Assembly (NCBI GenBank): GCA_035708345.1 | Contig: DASSSR010000009.1 | Span: forward strand, 25-64,024 | DNA length: 64,000 bases | Origin: Gaiellaceae bacterium | Lineage (GTDB): Bacteria; Actinomycetota; Thermoleophilia; Gaiellales; Gaiellaceae | Direction of reading: 5' to 3' | Part shown: positions 44,911 through 56,886 of the stretch, piece by piece | Position numbering within the stretch: the stretch's first letter is position 1 | Layout of the letters: every line of letters begins with the position of its first letter | Position numbers and translations under genes: made by a program | The notes under the pieces: generated by a model | The model's database searches: none | The model's input: only the letters and a program-made list of their open reading frames with translations | What the model was told of the DNA's origin: nothing

Positions 44911-45281
44911 GCCTGCGCCGACTCTCCCAGCTGCAGTGGGTCGGCTTCCTCGCCGGCGGGACGATCTGGTTCCTCGAGTACCTCGCCGGGATCGCGGAGT
45001 CCCAGGCGAAGTGCAACGTCGCGAGCAGCCGCTGGAACCTGCCGCACGACGCGATCCAGATCGGCTTCGGCGCCTTCGCCGGCGTGATCGTGCTGATCGC
45101 GCTGGCGGCGTCGGCGGTCGTCTTCCGCGAGACGCGCCACCACGAGGAGTACGACGCGCCGCCGCAGGGCCGCCTGCACTTCTTCTCGGCCGCCGCGCTC
45201 GGCGGCAACGTCATCTTCCTGATGATCATCATCCTCACGACGGTCGCGACCGTCGTCGACCGGACGTGCCACGTCGCATGA
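44907..45281 (+). CDS. Small 3-4 TM membrane protein embedded between ctaE and qcrC. Possible oxidase/supercomplex accessory subunit (subunit-IV-like position).
   Basis: 124 aa from GTG 44907 (GTGA overlap). Its stop overlaps the qcrC ATG (ATGA). No family was recognised. Confidence 0.6.
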   Translation: MSLRRLSQLQWVGFLAGGTIWFLEYLAGIAESQAKCNVASSRWNLPHDAIQIGFGAFAGVIVLIALAASAVVFRETRHHEEYDAPPQGRLHFFSAAALGGNVIFLMIIILTTVATVVDRTCHVA

Positions 45282-46030
45282 GGCCGATCGTCGCCCTGCT
45301 CGCCGCCGCGCTCGTGCTCGCGCTGCCCGCGTCCGCCGCGAACGTGCAGCACGGCAAGCAGCTCTTCGGCGAGTACTGCGTCTCGTGCCACGGGCCGAAC
45401 GCGGAGGGGTCGCTCGGCCAGCGCTACGGCGGCGGCAAGGGCCGCGACAACCAGATCCTCACCGGGCTCGCGCCGAGCCTGCACGGCGTCGGCGCGCTCG
45501 CCGCCGACTTCTACCTGACGACCGGCTACATGCCGCTGCGGCGCAACGGGATCCAGCCGCGGCGCTCGAGCCTCATCTTCGGCCGGCGCGACATCGCCGA
45601 CCTGACCGCGTACATCGCCTCGCTCGGCAAGGGCCCGGCGATCCCGAAGCCCGACCCGGCGAAGGGCAACCTCGCCGAGGGCATGCACCTGTTCACCGAC
45701 CACTGCGCCGGCTGCCACCAGGTCGTCGCGGAGGGCGGCTTCGTCACCGGCGCCGTGCCGCCACCGCTCGAGGACGACTCGTCGACGCAGATCGCCGAGG
45801 CGGTGCGGATCGGCCCCTACGTGATGCCGAAGTTCACGAAGAAGGCGATCAGCGACGCACAGCTGAACTCGATCATCGCCTACGTCCAGTACGCGAAGCA
45901 CCCGGACGACCGCGGCGGCTGGTCGCTCGGCCACATCGGCCCCGTCCCGGAGGGGCTCGTCGCCTGGTTCATCGCCGCGGCCGCGCTCGTCGCCGTCTGC
46001 ATGGTGATCGGAAAGAGGCTGCGTGGCTAG
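45278..46030 (+). CDS. qcrC: Diheme cytochrome c subunit of the bc1 complex
   Basis: Two heme-c motifs, CVSCH and CAGCH. Signal peptide and C-terminal TM anchor are present. Confidence 0.9.
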   Translation: MRPIVALLAAALVLALPASAANVQHGKQLFGEYCVSCHGPNAEGSLGQRYGGGKGRDNQILTGLAPSLHGVGALAADFYLTTGYMPLRRNGIQPRRSSLIFGRRDIADLTAYIASLGKGPAIPKPDPAKGNLAEGMHLFTDHCAGCHQVVAEGGFVTGAVPPPLEDDSSTQIAEAVRIGPYVMPKFTKKAISDAQLNSIIAYVQYAKHPDDRGGWSLGHIGPVPEGLVAWFIAAAALVAVCMVIGKRLRG

Positions 46031-47018
46031 AGCGAAGGACCTGCTGCTCTCCGGGCTCGTGCTCGTCGTCTCGCGCGGGCGGCGCAAGCCGCGCAAGAGC
46101 GCGCTGCGGACGGTCCCCGACTACGGCCCGAACCCCGGCGCCGAGACGGCGGCGATCGTGCTCCTCTTCCTCTCCGCGCTGTGCGGCGCCGCCTTCGTCG
46201 GCGTCTACGCCGTCGACCGGATCCCCGACCAGACGCAGTACCTCGGGCTCTCGATGGGGCTCTGCTGCGGCTTCCTCGCGGCGGCGCTGATCGTCACGGC
46301 GCTGAAGCTCGTCGTGACCGAGGAGATCGCCGAGGAGTACCCGCCGAACGAGCATCCGCACGAGCAGGCGCTGATCGCCGAGGTCGTGGAGGAGTCCGCG
46401 AGCCGGCTGACGCGGGCGCGCCTCTTCAAGCTCGGCCTCGCGGCCGCGGGCGGCGGCCTCACCGCCGCGGCGCTGACGCCCGCCGTCTCGTTCGGCCCCT
46501 TCCTGCGGATCAAGTACTTCTTCGGCACTCCCTGGCGCGCCGGCCGCCGGCTCGTGGACGAGAACGGCCGTCCCTGGAAGGCGTCCGACATCGAGGAGAA
46601 GAACTTCTACACCGCCTTCCCCGAGGACGATCCCGACCTCGAGGCGATCGGCGCGCCGCTCGTCGTGATCCGGCTGCCGAAGTCGGCTCTGCGCCTGCCG
46701 CCGGAGGTGCACGGCTACGACGCGGACGGGATCCTCGCGTTCTCGAAGATCTGCACGCACGCGGGCTGCGCGATCTCGCTCTACCGCGCGCCGCTCTTCG
46801 AGGCGACCGACCCGCACCCGGCGCTCGTCTGCCCGTGCCACTACTCGACCTTCGACCCCTCCACGGGCGGCCAGGTGATCTTCGGGCCGGCGCCGCGGCC
46901 GCTGCCGATGCTGCCGCTGATGATCGACAGGAAGGGCTACCTGCGCGCGCGCGGCAACTTCGACGCGGCGCTCGGGCCGTCGTGGTGGGGCGTCCGGAAC
47001 AGGAAGCCGAGCTCGTGA
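46023..47018 (+). CDS. qcrA: Rieske 2Fe-2S subunit of the bc1 complex
   Basis: CTHAGC...CPCHYSTF Rieske boxes and three N-terminal TM segments, as in actinobacterial QcrA. Confidence 0.9.
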   Translation: MARAKDLLLSGLVLVVSRGRRKPRKSALRTVPDYGPNPGAETAAIVLLFLSALCGAAFVGVYAVDRIPDQTQYLGLSMGLCCGFLAAALIVTALKLVVTEEIAEEYPPNEHPHEQALIAEVVEESASRLTRARLFKLGLAAAGGGLTAAALTPAVSFGPFLRIKYFFGTPWRAGRRLVDENGRPWKASDIEEKNFYTAFPEDDPDLEAIGAPLVVIRLPKSALRLPPEVHGYDADGILAFSKICTHAGCAISLYRAPLFEATDPHPALVCPCHYSTFDPSTGGQVIFGPAPRPLPMLPLMIDRKGYLRARGNFDAALGPSWWGVRNRKPSS

Positions 47019-48406
47019 GCCTGACGCGGAGGGCGGTCAGGTTCGTCGACCAGCGGAGCGCGAGCGCGCCGCTGCTGCGCAAGGTCGCGCGGTACCTCTT
47101 CCCGGACCACTGGTCGTTCCTGCTCGGCGAGGTCGCGCTCTACGCGTTCATGGTCCTCGTCGCGACGGGGATCTATCTGACGTTCTTCTTCGTCGACTCG
47201 ACGAAGGACACGGTCTACCACGGCCCGTACGTGCCGCTCCAGGGCCAGCACATGTCCGAGGCCTACAAGTCGGTGGTCGACATCTCGATGACGGTGAAGG
47301 CGGGCCTGCTGATCCGCCAGACGCACCACTGGGCGGCCGACGTCTTCGTCGCGGCGATCATCCTGCACCTCTTCCGCGTCTTCTTCACGGGCGCGTTCCG
47401 CAAGCCGCGCGGGCTGACGTGGATGTTCGGCGTGACGATGCTCATGCTGACGCTGCTCGAGGCGTACATGGGCTACTCGATGGTCGACGACCTGCTCTCG
47501 GGGATGGGGCTCGTGATCGGCTACTCGGTCGGGATGTCGATCCCCTTCATCGGCGCGAACCTGATGGAGTGGCTGTTCAAGGGGCCCTTCCCCGGGCAGC
47601 ACGCGTTCTGGCCGCGCATGTACATCGCGCACGTCCTGATCTTCCCGGTGCTGATCGGAATGCTGCTCTCCGTGCACCTGCTGCTCGTCGCGATGCGGCA
47701 TCACACGCAGTTCAAGCGGATGCGGGCGCAGAGCAACCACACGATCGTCGGCGTGCCGATGTACCCGGGACAGGCGCCGCGCTCGCTCGGGCTGCTCTTC
47801 GCCGTCGTCGCGATGCTCTTCCTGCTCGGGGGGCTCGTGCAGATCAACCCGATCTGGCTGTGGGGGCCGTACCACACGTACTCCTCGACGAACGGCGCGC
47901 AGCCGGACTGGTATCTCGGCTGGCTGATCGGCGGCCTGCGGCTGATGCCCGGCTTCGACGTCGTGATCGGCAAGTACACGCTCGTCCCGAACCCGTTCTG
48001 GGGCGGCGCCGCCTTCCCGATGATCGTCTTCGGGTTTCTCTACTTCTGGCCGTGGCTGGAGCGGCGGATCACCGGCGACCTGGGCTTCCACAACCTCGCG
48101 CAGCGCCCGCGCGACAACCCGATGCGCACCGGCGTCGGCGTCTGGATGATCACGTGGGTGCTGATCGTGTTCATCGCGGGCTCGTCCGACCGCGTCGAGG
48201 TGCTCTTCGACATCCCCTACGTGGGCCAGATCTGGTTCTACCGCTTCTTCAACCTCTTCTTCCCGATCGTCGCCGGCTTCGTCGCCTGGTGGGTCTGCAG
48301 GCAGCTGCAGAAGGGCGAGCCGGTCGAGGAGGATCGCCACAGGGCGGAGGCGGAAGCTAGGCTCGCCGCATGGTCGTCCGCACGGAGGCAGAGCTCCGAG
48401 ACCTGA
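47015..48406 (+). CDS. qcrB: Cytochrome b subunit of the bc1 complex
   Basis: GTG 47015 (GTGA overlap). The blocks FPDHWSFLLGEVALYAF.. and RQTHHWAADVFVAAIILHLFRVFFTGAFRKPR are typical actinobacterial QcrB. Confidence 0.95.
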   Translation: MSLTRRAVRFVDQRSASAPLLRKVARYLFPDHWSFLLGEVALYAFMVLVATGIYLTFFFVDSTKDTVYHGPYVPLQGQHMSEAYKSVVDISMTVKAGLLIRQTHHWAADVFVAAIILHLFRVFFTGAFRKPRGLTWMFGVTMLMLTLLEAYMGYSMVDDLLSGMGLVIGYSVGMSIPFIGANLMEWLFKGPFPGQHAFWPRMYIAHVLIFPVLIGMLLSVHLLLVAMRHHTQFKRMRAQSNHTIVGVPMYPGQAPRSLGLLFAVVAMLFLLGGLVQINPIWLWGPYHTYSSTNGAQPDWYLGWLIGGLRLMPGFDVVIGKYTLVPNPFWGGAAFPMIVFGFLYFWPWLERRITGDLGFHNLAQRPRDNPMRTGVGVWMITWVLIVFIAGSSDRVEVLFDIPYVGQIWFYRFFNLFFPIVAGFVAWWVCRQLQKGEPVEEDRHRAEAEARLAAWSSARRQSSET

Positions 48407-48987
48407 TCGGCTCGCCGAACGAGCTCGTGCAGGCGAAGGTCGCCGACCGATTGAACGAGCTGTCGCGGCGGTGGATCGAGCGCTCGCCGTTCGTGTGCGT
48501 CGCGACGGCGCGGCCGGACGGCGGACTGGACGTCTCGCCGCGCGGCGACCCGCCCGGCTTCGTGCGCGTCCTCGACGAGCGGACGCTGCTGCTGCCCGAG
48601 CGGCCCGGCAACAAGCTCGCCGACACGCTGACGAACCTGCTCGGCGACCCGCGGATCGCCCTGCTCTTCCTCGTGCCGGGCATCGGCGACACGTTCCGCG
48701 TCAACGGCCGCGCCCGGCTCGTCGACGACGCGGAGCTGCTGGAGCCGTGCGCGGTCGAGGGCAAGGTGCCGAGGCTCGGCATCCTCGTCGAGGTCGAGCA
48801 GGCGTACACGCAGTGCCCGAAGGCGCTGCTGCGCTCGGAGCTCTGGAACCCGGAGAAGCACGCCGACCCGTCCGAGCTGCCGAAGGCGTCGGAGATCCTC
48901 AAGGCGGTCGGCGCGCCCGAGCTCGACGTCGCCGAGTACGAGCGCGCGCGGGCCGGCCGCTACGCCCGCCGCGAAGGCTTCTACTAG
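48370..48987 (+). CDS. PPOX-class (pyridoxamine-5'-phosphate-oxidase-like) FMN/F420-binding flavoprotein
   Basis: 205 aa with SPFVCVATARPDGGLDVSPRGDPPGFV...PERPGNKLADTL..IALLFLVPGIGDTFRVNGRA. It overlaps the qcrB 3' end by 37 nt. Confidence 0.8.
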   Translation: MVVRTEAELRDLIGSPNELVQAKVADRLNELSRRWIERSPFVCVATARPDGGLDVSPRGDPPGFVRVLDERTLLLPERPGNKLADTLTNLLGDPRIALLFLVPGIGDTFRVNGRARLVDDAELLEPCAVEGKVPRLGILVEVEQAYTQCPKALLRSELWNPEKHADPSELPKASEILKAVGAPELDVAEYERARAGRYARREGFY

Positions 48988-49015
48988 CCGGCCCGCGCGC
49001 CGGCGGCGCCGCCGA

Positions 49016-49161
49016 GGCCGGTACTACTTACCGTCACGAAACCGTCAAAAAGAGGCGGCTGCCGCGCGTGCAGGCATTTCGTCGTCGGCGGTGACGGTGT
49101 CGTGACGAAGCGGCGAGGGTTCCGTTTGCGTACTACGTACCCGCAGGAGAGCGTCACGCGT
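49016..49161. repeat. Copy A of a tandemly duplicated ~146-nt structured element (unclassified)
   Basis: About 92% identical to 49204..49350. The core 49063..49135 is 73/73 identical to 49252..49324. Confidence 0.9.
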
Positions 49162-49203
49162 CGCCGGGCCGGAGGGCGCGGGGCTCGTACGAGCCGGCCA
49201 TAC

Positions 49204-49350
49204 GGCCGGTACTAAAGTACCGTCACGGAACCGTCACGGAGCGGCGGCTGTCGCGCGTGCAGGCATTTCGTCGTCGGCGGTGACGGTGTCGTGACGAAGC
49301 GGCGAGGGTTCCGTTTGCGTACTAGGTACCCGCCGGAGAGGGTCACGCGT
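49204..49350. repeat. Copy B of the same element. Its last 8 nt are the final codons and stop of the CMD-family gene.
   Basis: See copy A. The offset between copies is 188-189 nt. Confidence 0.9.
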
Positions 49351-49900
49351 AGCCGAGCTCGAAGAACCGCCCCTCGTGGGCGATCGCCTGCTCCCGGGTC
49401 AGGCCCTGCTCCGAGTGCGGCTTCGCGCCGAGCGTGTCGGCGTAGCGCGTGATCAGGTCGAAGGCCGCCTTCACCTCGACCGCCTCGCGCAGCGCCTCGC
49501 GCGTCACGCCCGCGGCGAGCGCGCGCGACGGGTCGAGCGTCGCGAGGAAGTGCAGCGTCCCGCGCAGCCGTTCGTCGACCGGCGCCGTCTCGTAGTCGCG
49601 CAGCACCCCGTCCACGAGCTCTGCGTCACCGAAGGCGTACGACGCGACCGCGCCGTGGGCCTCCGTTCAGAACGGACACTGGTTCTGCGCGGACACGAAG
49701 GCGGCGAAGAGCTCCCGCTCCGCCTCGCTCCACGCGGAGGGGCCCTTCATGATCTCCTGCATCAGCGCCCCGAACGGGCGTCCGAAGAGCTCCGGCCGGT
49801 AGCGCAGCGCGACCGAGATGTCCGAGACGTAGCCGTCGCGCTCGCGTAGCTCCGCGATCTGCGCGGCGGCGCTCGGGTCATGACGCAGCTCGAGCCTCAC
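49343..49900 (-). CDS. AhpD/carboxymuconolactone-decarboxylase (CMD)-family peroxidase-related protein with an in-frame TGA at the second active-site Cys position. Candidate selenoprotein (C-P-F-U-T-E-A-H).
   Basis: Track ORFs 49667..49900 and 49343..49615 are in the same frame. The read-through translation ..AFVSAQNQCPF[TGA]TEAHGAVASYAFGDAELVDGVLRDYE.. recreates the family motif CxxCxxxH. A hairpin follows the TGA. Confidence 0.7.
49639..49656 (-). promoter_or_regulatory. SECIS-like hairpin 10 nt downstream of the in-frame UGA
   Basis: ACGGCGC-GGUC-GCGUCGU forms a 7-bp stem (one G-U pair) with a GGUC apical loop. Confidence 0.45.
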
Positions 49901-50154
49901 GCGAGCGCCGCCAAAGCGCGTCGCCGCTCCGCCAGCGCGACGCCGAGCGCCGCCGCGAGCGCCGCCTCGACCACCACGTCGGCCTCGAGCCCGGCGACGT
50001 CCGCGTCGACGATCCGGTACGCGTGCCGCCGCACCTTCTCGAGCAGCGGCGCCAGCTCGGGCGGGTCGTCCCCCGCGAAGATCGCGCAGCGCTGCAGAGG
50101 CGTCAGCACTCCGGCGCCGCCGAGCGTCGCCTCACAGACCCCCTGCCAGCCCAC
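49897..50154 (-). CDS. Small hypothetical protein translationally coupled (GTGA) to the CMD-family gene
   Basis: 85-aa ORF whose stop overlaps GTG 49900. No motif was recognised. Confidence 0.45.
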   Translation of the reverse strand: MGWQGVCEATLGGAGVLTPLQRCAIFAGDDPPELAPLLEKVRRHAYRIVDADVAGLEADVVVEAALAAALGVALAERRRALAALA

Positions 50155-50209
50155 GCACCGACCCTACCGCAGCGAAACCGGCGGCACGACCCGCCCGTTG
50201 TCCCTGTAG

Positions 50210-52383
50210 ATGACCGGCCTCGACCCGATCGAGGCAGTCGTCGAGGCGCGCCGGGGACGCCGGCGCCGGGGGAAGCGTCCGCGGCGGCTGCTGCTCCTGA
50301 CCCTCCTGCTCGTCGTCGGCTCGGCGGTGGTCGTCGCGGCCGCCGCGGGCGGCGCGCGCTGGTATCTCTCCCGCTGCACGCTCGACGGGCGCACGGCGGC
50401 CCCGCTCGGCCGCACCTCCGTCGTCTACGCCGCCGACGGGACGTACCTCGGCGCGATCCACGCGGACACCTATCGCCGCGTCGTCCCGGACTCGAGGATC
50501 TCTCCCTGGCTGAAGAAGGCGACGGTCGCGATCGAGGACCGCCGCTTCTGGACGAACCCGGGCGTCGACTACCGCGGCCTCGCGCGCGCGGCCGTGCAGG
50601 ACGTGCTCGCCGGTCACATCGTCCAGGGCGGCTCGACGATCACGCAGCAGCTCGTGCGCAGCATGTACCTCGACGACTCGCGCACCTTCGCGCGAAAGCG
50701 GCTCGAAGCGTGCCTCGCGCTGAAGCTGACGCGGCGCTGGCCGAAGGAGCGGATCCTGACGACCTACCTGAACCGGGCGCCCTACGGCCACCGCGCGTAC
50801 GGCGTCGAGGCGGCCGCGTGGACGTACTTCGACCGTCCCGCCGCGAAGCTCGGGCCTGCGCAGGCGGCGCTGATCGCCGGGCTGCCGCAGGCGCCGTCGC
50901 GCTACGACCCGCTCGTCCATCCCGCGCAGGCGCTCGCGCGGCGCAACGAGGTGCTGCGGGCGCTCGTCGGCGCCGGCGCGCTGACCCGGGCGCGCTACCG
51001 GCGACTCGTCGCGCGGCCGCTCGGCCTGCACCCGGGCCGCGTCTACACGCTCCGCCGCGCGCCGACGTTCTTCTCGTACGTTCGCAGCGAACTGGTGCGC
51101 GTCTACGGCGAGCAGCGCGTGCGACAGGGCGGCCTCCGCGTCTACACGACGCTCGTCCCACGCGACCAGCGCGCCGCGCGCAGCGCGATCCGCTCGGTGC
51201 TGAACCGGAAGCACGACCCGGCCGGCGCGGTCGCGTCCGTCGACCCGCGCACGGGGGCGATCCGGGCGCTCGTCGGCGTCGTGCACGGCAGGCGGCTCGA
51301 CTTCGACCTCGCCGTCTCGGGCCGCCGGCAGGCAGGCTCCGCGTTCAAGACGTTCGTGCTGGCGGCCGCGATCGCGCGCGGCGCGAATCCCTACTCGACG
51401 AAGTACCTGTCGGCGCCGTTCTCCGTCGCGCTGGCGAACGGGACGACCTGGAGGCCGCACACCTACGAGAACGCGTTCTTCGGCGTCGAGAACCTCGTGC
51501 GGGCGACGCTCCTCTCCGACAACGTCGTCTACGCGAAGCTGACGCTCGACGTCGGCGCGCAGCACGTCGCGCAGATGGCGCACCGCCTCGGCGTGCGCTC
51601 GCCGCTCGACCCGGTCGCCTCGATCGGCCTCGGCGCGGACGCCGTCTCGCCGCTCGACATGGCGTCCGCGTACGCGACGCTCGCCGCCGGCGGCGTCTAC
51701 CGCGCACCGCACGCGATCCGCAAGGTCGTGCTCCCGGACGGGGCGGTCGACACGAGCCACCGCTGGACGGCGCCGCCGAAGCACGCCGTCCCGCGCAACG
51801 TCGCCTACTGGGTGACGCGCGTCCTGCAGGCGAACGTCGAGCGCGGCACCGGCACGGCGGCCCGGCTGCCGCGTCGCGCCGTCGCGGGCAAGACCGGCAC
51901 GACGAGCGACTGGACGGACGGCTGGTTCGTCGGCTACACGCGCCGCCTCGCCGCGGCGGCATGGGTCGGCTACCCGCACCGAACGGTGCCGATGACGGAC
52001 GTGCACGGCATCCACGTCACCGGCGGCAGCCTCCCGGCGCAGATCTGGGCGCGCTACGCGAAGGCGTCGCTCCGCGGCAAGCCCGCCGCCGGCTGGCTGC
52101 AGCCGCTGCGGCCGATGCGCTGGCGGCCGTGGCACGGCGAGCGCCGCTACGTTCCGCGCAGGCCGAAGGCGAAGCCGGGCAGCTACGTGCTCGTGCTGAG
52201 CTCGTTCCGGCCGACGCACCTGCACGAGGCCCAGAGCCGCGCGCACGCGATCGGTGCGAAGGTCACGCGCTCCGGCCGGATTCCGGGCCTGCGGCCGGGC
52301 TGGGTCGTCGTCTACGCCGGCCCGTTCGCGACCGAGAGCGCCGCGCGGGCCGCGCGCGACCGCTTCGCCCGCGGCATCGTCCG

Positions 52384-52387
<4 letters not shown>
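50210..52387 (+). CDS. Class A penicillin-binding protein (GT51 transglycosylase plus transpeptidase) with a C-terminal SPOR domain
   Basis: GT51 block [30 protein letters not shown]. Transpeptidase motifs SAFK, SDN and KTGTT. SPOR-like tail YVLVLSSFR...[19 protein letters not shown]. Confidence 0.95.
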
Positions 52388-55101
<2,714 letters not shown>

Positions 55102-55109
55102 AGCTCGAT

Positions 55110-55892
55110 TCAAGCAGAAGCTTCGCCGTTGCCCGCGCGCCCTTGGGTGAAGCGGTTCAGCGTGATCAGCCCCATCCCGCCGAGCATGTTCCCGGCGGCG
55201 GCGAGGGCGAAGTTGCCGACGATGAACGCCCAGTCGAACCGGGCGCCGAAGCGGTAGCCGAAGATCAGCTCGATCGTGTCCACGATCACGTGGTCGAACT
55301 GGCCGAGGACGATGATCGCGCCGACGATCCACGCGACGACGATCCGGACGAGGACCGACTCCTGGCCCTCGACGAACCAGGTCATCGCCGTGATCAGGGC
55401 CCCTGCGAAGACGGCGCTGACGAAGAGGGCGAGCACGCCGTTCGCGTGGATCCGCTCGGAGGCGTGGACGAGCGCGGCGCCGGAGCCGTACGGGAGCACG
55501 CTGTGCACCGTCAGCAGCAGGACGACGACCAGCCCGCCGAGGATGTTGAAGAGCGGTGAGACCGTCCAGAGCTTCAGCAGCTTCCTCCACGCGCCGCCGT
55601 GCTCCTCGACGCCGGCGAGCGGGACGAGGAAGTTCTCGGTGAAGAGCTCGCCCCGCCCGATGACGAGGAAGACGAACGAGACGCCGAAGCCCGCCGAGGC
55701 GACGACGTGCGCGGCGTCGCCGCCGAGCGCGTGCTGGAGCTGCGATTGCAGCAGCGCGAACACGGCGAGCCCCGCGACGATGTCGAAGCCGGCGGCGAGC
55801 GCGGTCGACATCTCCTCGAGGAAGGGGCGCTCGAGCCGGCGCCTGCCCTCCTCCTTCGTGCGCGCGTAGATCTCCTCCGGCGTCGGCGCCAC
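55110..55892 (-). CDS. Formate/nitrite transporter (FNT) family channel
   Basis: 260 aa with 6 TM segments and the signature [12 protein letters not shown]. Confidence 0.85.
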   Translation of the reverse strand: MAPTPEEIYARTKEEGRRRLERPFLEEMSTALAAGFDIVAGLAVFALLQSQLQHALGGDAAHVVASAGFGVSFVFLVIGRGELFTENFLVPLAGVEEHGGAWRKLLKLWTVSPLFNILGGLVVVLLLTVHSVLPYGSGAALVHASERIHANGVLALFVSAVFAGALITAMTWFVEGQESVLVRIVVAWIVGAIIVLGQFDHVIVDTIELIFGYRFGARFDWAFIVGNFALAAAGNMLGGMGLITLNRFTQGRAGNGEASA

Positions 55893-55900
55893 GACGGCCC

Positions 55901-56842
55901 TCAGGCCTTCGGGAGCAGCTCGCGCGCCGCCCAGCTGCAGAACTCCTGCTGGTTCTCGCTGATCTGGTGGACGTACACGTGGGTGAAGCCCGCGTCGCCG
56001 AACTTCCCGATCTGCTCCAGGTACGGGCCGGGGTCGGAGCCGTGCGGGACGAGCTCGGCGACGTCCTCGGGCGAGATCATCGGCGCCGCGCCCGCGAAGT
56101 CGGACGGCGTCGGCAGCTCCTGCCCGAGCGAGCCCTGCATGGCGAGGTTCGGCCAGAGCTCGTGCGCCCGCTTCAGCCCCGCCGCGGCGTCCGTGTCGTA
56201 GGCGACGTGCATCATCCCGACCTTCGGCTTGTCCTGGCCGAACTTCTGCACGACCTCCTCGTCCGGCGACGTCGAGATCAGCCCGTCGCCGATGAGGCCG
56301 GCGAGCTCCGCCGCGTTCGGCTGCGCGGCGGCGACGTAGACGTCGATCGGGTCGTCGGGCAGGTCGAAGACGCGCGCGTGGTCGACGGTGTAGTGCTTGC
56401 CGCGGTGCGTCTGCTCGCCTCCCTGCCAGAGCAGTCGGATCACCTCCACGGCCTCCTCAAGCATCTCGAGCCGCTCGTCGGGCAGCGGCCAGCGGTCGCC
56501 GAGCACGTGCTCGTTCAGGTTCTCGCCGCTGCCGACGCCGAGGAAGAAGCGCCCCTCGAACATGCAGGCGACCGTCGCCGCCGCCTGCGCGACGAGCGCC
56601 GGGTGCTGGCGGATCAGCGGGCACGTGACGCCGGTGCCGACGCGGATCGTCTTCGTCGCGTGGGCGATCCCGCCGAGCGTCGACCAGACGAACGACGCGT
56701 GCCCCTGCCGCTCGATCCAGGGGTGGTAGTGGTCGGAGATGAGGCAGAAGCCGAAGCCGGTCCGCTCCGCCAGCGCCGCCTGCTCGACGAGGTCGTTCGG
56801 GGGATGGTCCTCGGACGAGAGGGCGAAGCCGAGCTCGGGCAT
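55901..56842 (-). CDS. LLM-class F420-dependent oxidoreductase (G6PDH-family subgroup)
   Basis: [42 protein letters not shown]... and [11 protein letters not shown]. Length is 313 aa. Confidence 0.85.
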   Translation of the reverse strand: MPELGFALSSEDHPPNDLVEQAALAERTGFGFCLISDHYHPWIERQGHASFVWSTLGGIAHATKTIRVGTGVTCPLIRQHPALVAQAAATVACMFEGRFFLGVGSGENLNEHVLGDRWPLPDERLEMLEEAVEVIRLLWQGGEQTHRGKHYTVDHARVFDLPDDPIDVYVAAAQPNAAELAGLIGDGLISTSPDEEVVQKFGQDKPKVGMMHVAYDTDAAAGLKRAHELWPNLAMQGSLGQELPTPSDFAGAAPMISPEDVAELVPHGSDPGPYLEQIGKFGDAGFTHVYVHQISENQQEFCSWAARELLPKA

Positions 56843-56886
56843 GGCACCCGCGTTTCCGCGCCGAATACGCCGGAAACACGGCACTT

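Noticed and set aside
49016-49350. The two-copy repeat considered as a CRISPR array, tRNA or tmRNA, 6S RNA or a small-protein gene.
   Set aside because: Only two long (~146 nt) copies are present, with no short spacers, so it is not a CRISPR array. No cloverleaf or tRNA-like end is present. The predicted fold is a local 16-bp stem with a large loop, not the end-to-end closed rod with a central bubble of 6S RNA. No conserved ORF spans both copies; track ORF 48471..49094 is an Arg-rich artefact that merely runs into copy A. It is kept as an unclassified element.
49667-49669. Interpreting the in-frame TGA codons here and at 63570..63572 as pseudogene lesions.
   Set aside because: Both fall exactly on known catalytic Cys/Sec positions. 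The sequence on both sides is intact and in the same frame, and each is followed by a hairpin at SECIS-like spacing. The integrase TAG at 13666..13668 differs: it is an amber codon at a non-catalytic position with no such context, so it is treated as a lesion.
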